Part shown: positions 33,201 to 33,263 of the stretch, in pieces
Position numbering within the stretch: the first letter of the stretch is position 1
Layout of the letters: the number at the start of each line of letters is the position of its first letter
Assembly: GCA_001655205.1 (NCBI GenBank)
Contig: LPNZ01010979.1
Coordinates: 1-33,263 of the forward strand
Reading direction: 5' to 3'
Source of the DNA: Lenisia limosa
Lineage: Eukaryota > Protista > Breviatea
Length of the DNA: 33,263 bases
The notes under the pieces: generated by a model
Seen by the model: only the letters and a program-made list of their open reading frames with translations
Databases searched by the model: none
What the model was told of the DNA's origin: nothing
Program-made: the position numbers and the translations under genes

Positions 33201-33263
33201 TGTGAGGAATGCAGTGGGGGCTCATCTCTCCTCTTGCCACTGGCTGCCATTTTTCTCATTCTG
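18276..33263 (+). CDS. Giant intron-rich secreted/surface protein gene, probably one gene running off the window end
   Basis: ATG 18276 opens MALLSCSQLLLFLLILTG (signal-peptide-like). Exons rich in N-x-S/T sequons follow (NETII, TNSSE, MNFSS, LNATY). There are many plus-strand exons to 28500 (INPIDSDGNPIQTTNTSIHF, SVVSGGMVELDVPISSTPENIPWRVE | VADQVYYLPENR...PPGNH | TFHFYWLSSYTSKEFE), then Cys-rich repeats. Continuity across the 21313-21791 gaps is inferred; more than one gene is possible. Confidence 0.62.
19943..20049. repeat. Minisatellite, 34 bp x about 3.1, intronic
   Basis: Unit CACCCCAGTACCTCATGTGCATATGTTGGATGAA; contiguous copies, one substitution, no spacers. Confidence 0.95.
22086..22269. 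repeat. Minisatellite, 46 bp x 4, intronic
   Basis: Unit ATCTACTACCATCACATCTATGGAGCTGATGATTCAATGTTGCCTT; contiguous copies with a few substitutions. Confidence 0.95.
23615..23757. repeat. Minisatellite, 36 bp x 4, probably intronic
   Basis: Unit CATTTTGCTATCTTGTAATGAATCGCCTCAAACATA. The flanking exons (..NSRFLKK | EELTFPEDIFG..) join in phase without it. Confidence 0.93.
30758..30835 (+). mobile_element. 78-bp MITE, Tc1/mariner type (TA|CAGTG...CACTG|TA)
   Basis: 29-bp TIRs (26/29 matching) around a 20-bp core, with TA at 30756-30757 and 30836-30837. It sits in an intron of the Cys-rich gene. Confidence 0.88.
31007..31084 (-). mobile_element. Second, more diverged copy of the 78-bp MITE in inverted orientation
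   Basis: Same 29+20+29 layout. The core is the reverse complement of the first copy's core (15/20). TA on the left (31005-31006); the right end is degenerate. It lies in the next intron. Confidence 0.8.
31444..31497. repeat. 27-bp tandem duplication, intronic
   Basis: TATTTACTGACTCAAAACCCACAATCA followed by TATTTACTGATTCAAGACTCACACTCA. Confidence 0.85.

Larger units (their letters stand above)
28833..33263 (+). other. Cys-rich GCC2/GCC3 (ephrin-receptor-like/TNFR-like) repeat array leading into a transmembrane segment
   Basis: Exons CQCPLGTFVNNTAPG | IPVCATCVSGTYTDTYHAEACSLCPLRMTSLPGAGSITDCYCDVGY; LCTCNEGYGGALCEQCSAGHYSPEG; CLCIEGYGLDGEDCVKCDSGSHK; CPSGSSGCLGSNTCADGYSGFLCSQCEEGYYRR | GNYCEECSGGSSLLLPLAAIFLIL at the window end. 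Confidence 0.85.

Noticed and set aside
1-33263. tRNA, rRNA or snRNA genes; non-canonical (AT-AC) introns; viral or Polinton-like genes
   Set aside because: None were recognised by eye. All junctions I could phase were GT-AG, and no long intronless viral-type ORFs exist. A tRNAscan/Infernal run would be needed to exclude small RNAs.

Overview
Eukaryotic, AT-rich, very intron-dense genomic window from a draft assembly with nine N-gaps. It looks like a protist, but the lineage cannot be fixed from sequence alone. Exons are mostly 40-200 nt with GT-AG introns, so the ORF track is largely exon fragments. I rebuilt exon chains by hand using splice-phase consistency. The order is: a 5'-truncated plus-strand gene (100-1763); a minus-strand gene (1934-3182); a long minus-strand gene with a t-SNARE-like motif (about 3445-10691), whose last resolved intron holds a 2.7-kb TIR DNA transposon (3593-6287) with a disabled, intron-containing pogo/Tc1-like transposase; further minus-strand coding exons (about 11005-14900); a multi-pass membrane protein gene (about 15130-18050); and a giant plus-strand surface-protein gene with Cys-rich GCC2/GCC3-like repeats (18276 to the window end). 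The most unusual non-coding structure is a 48-bp inverted repeat (16797-16844 / 17253-17300). On the minus-strand pre-mRNA it can pair fully (46 Watson-Crick plus 2 G-U) and would bury a 5' splice site. Also present are two inverted 78-bp Tc1-type MITEs, a tandem duplication of an exon end plus donor site, intronic minisatellites, sense-strand G homopolymers and recurrent ATATCATAT patches. All gene models are manual and approximate.
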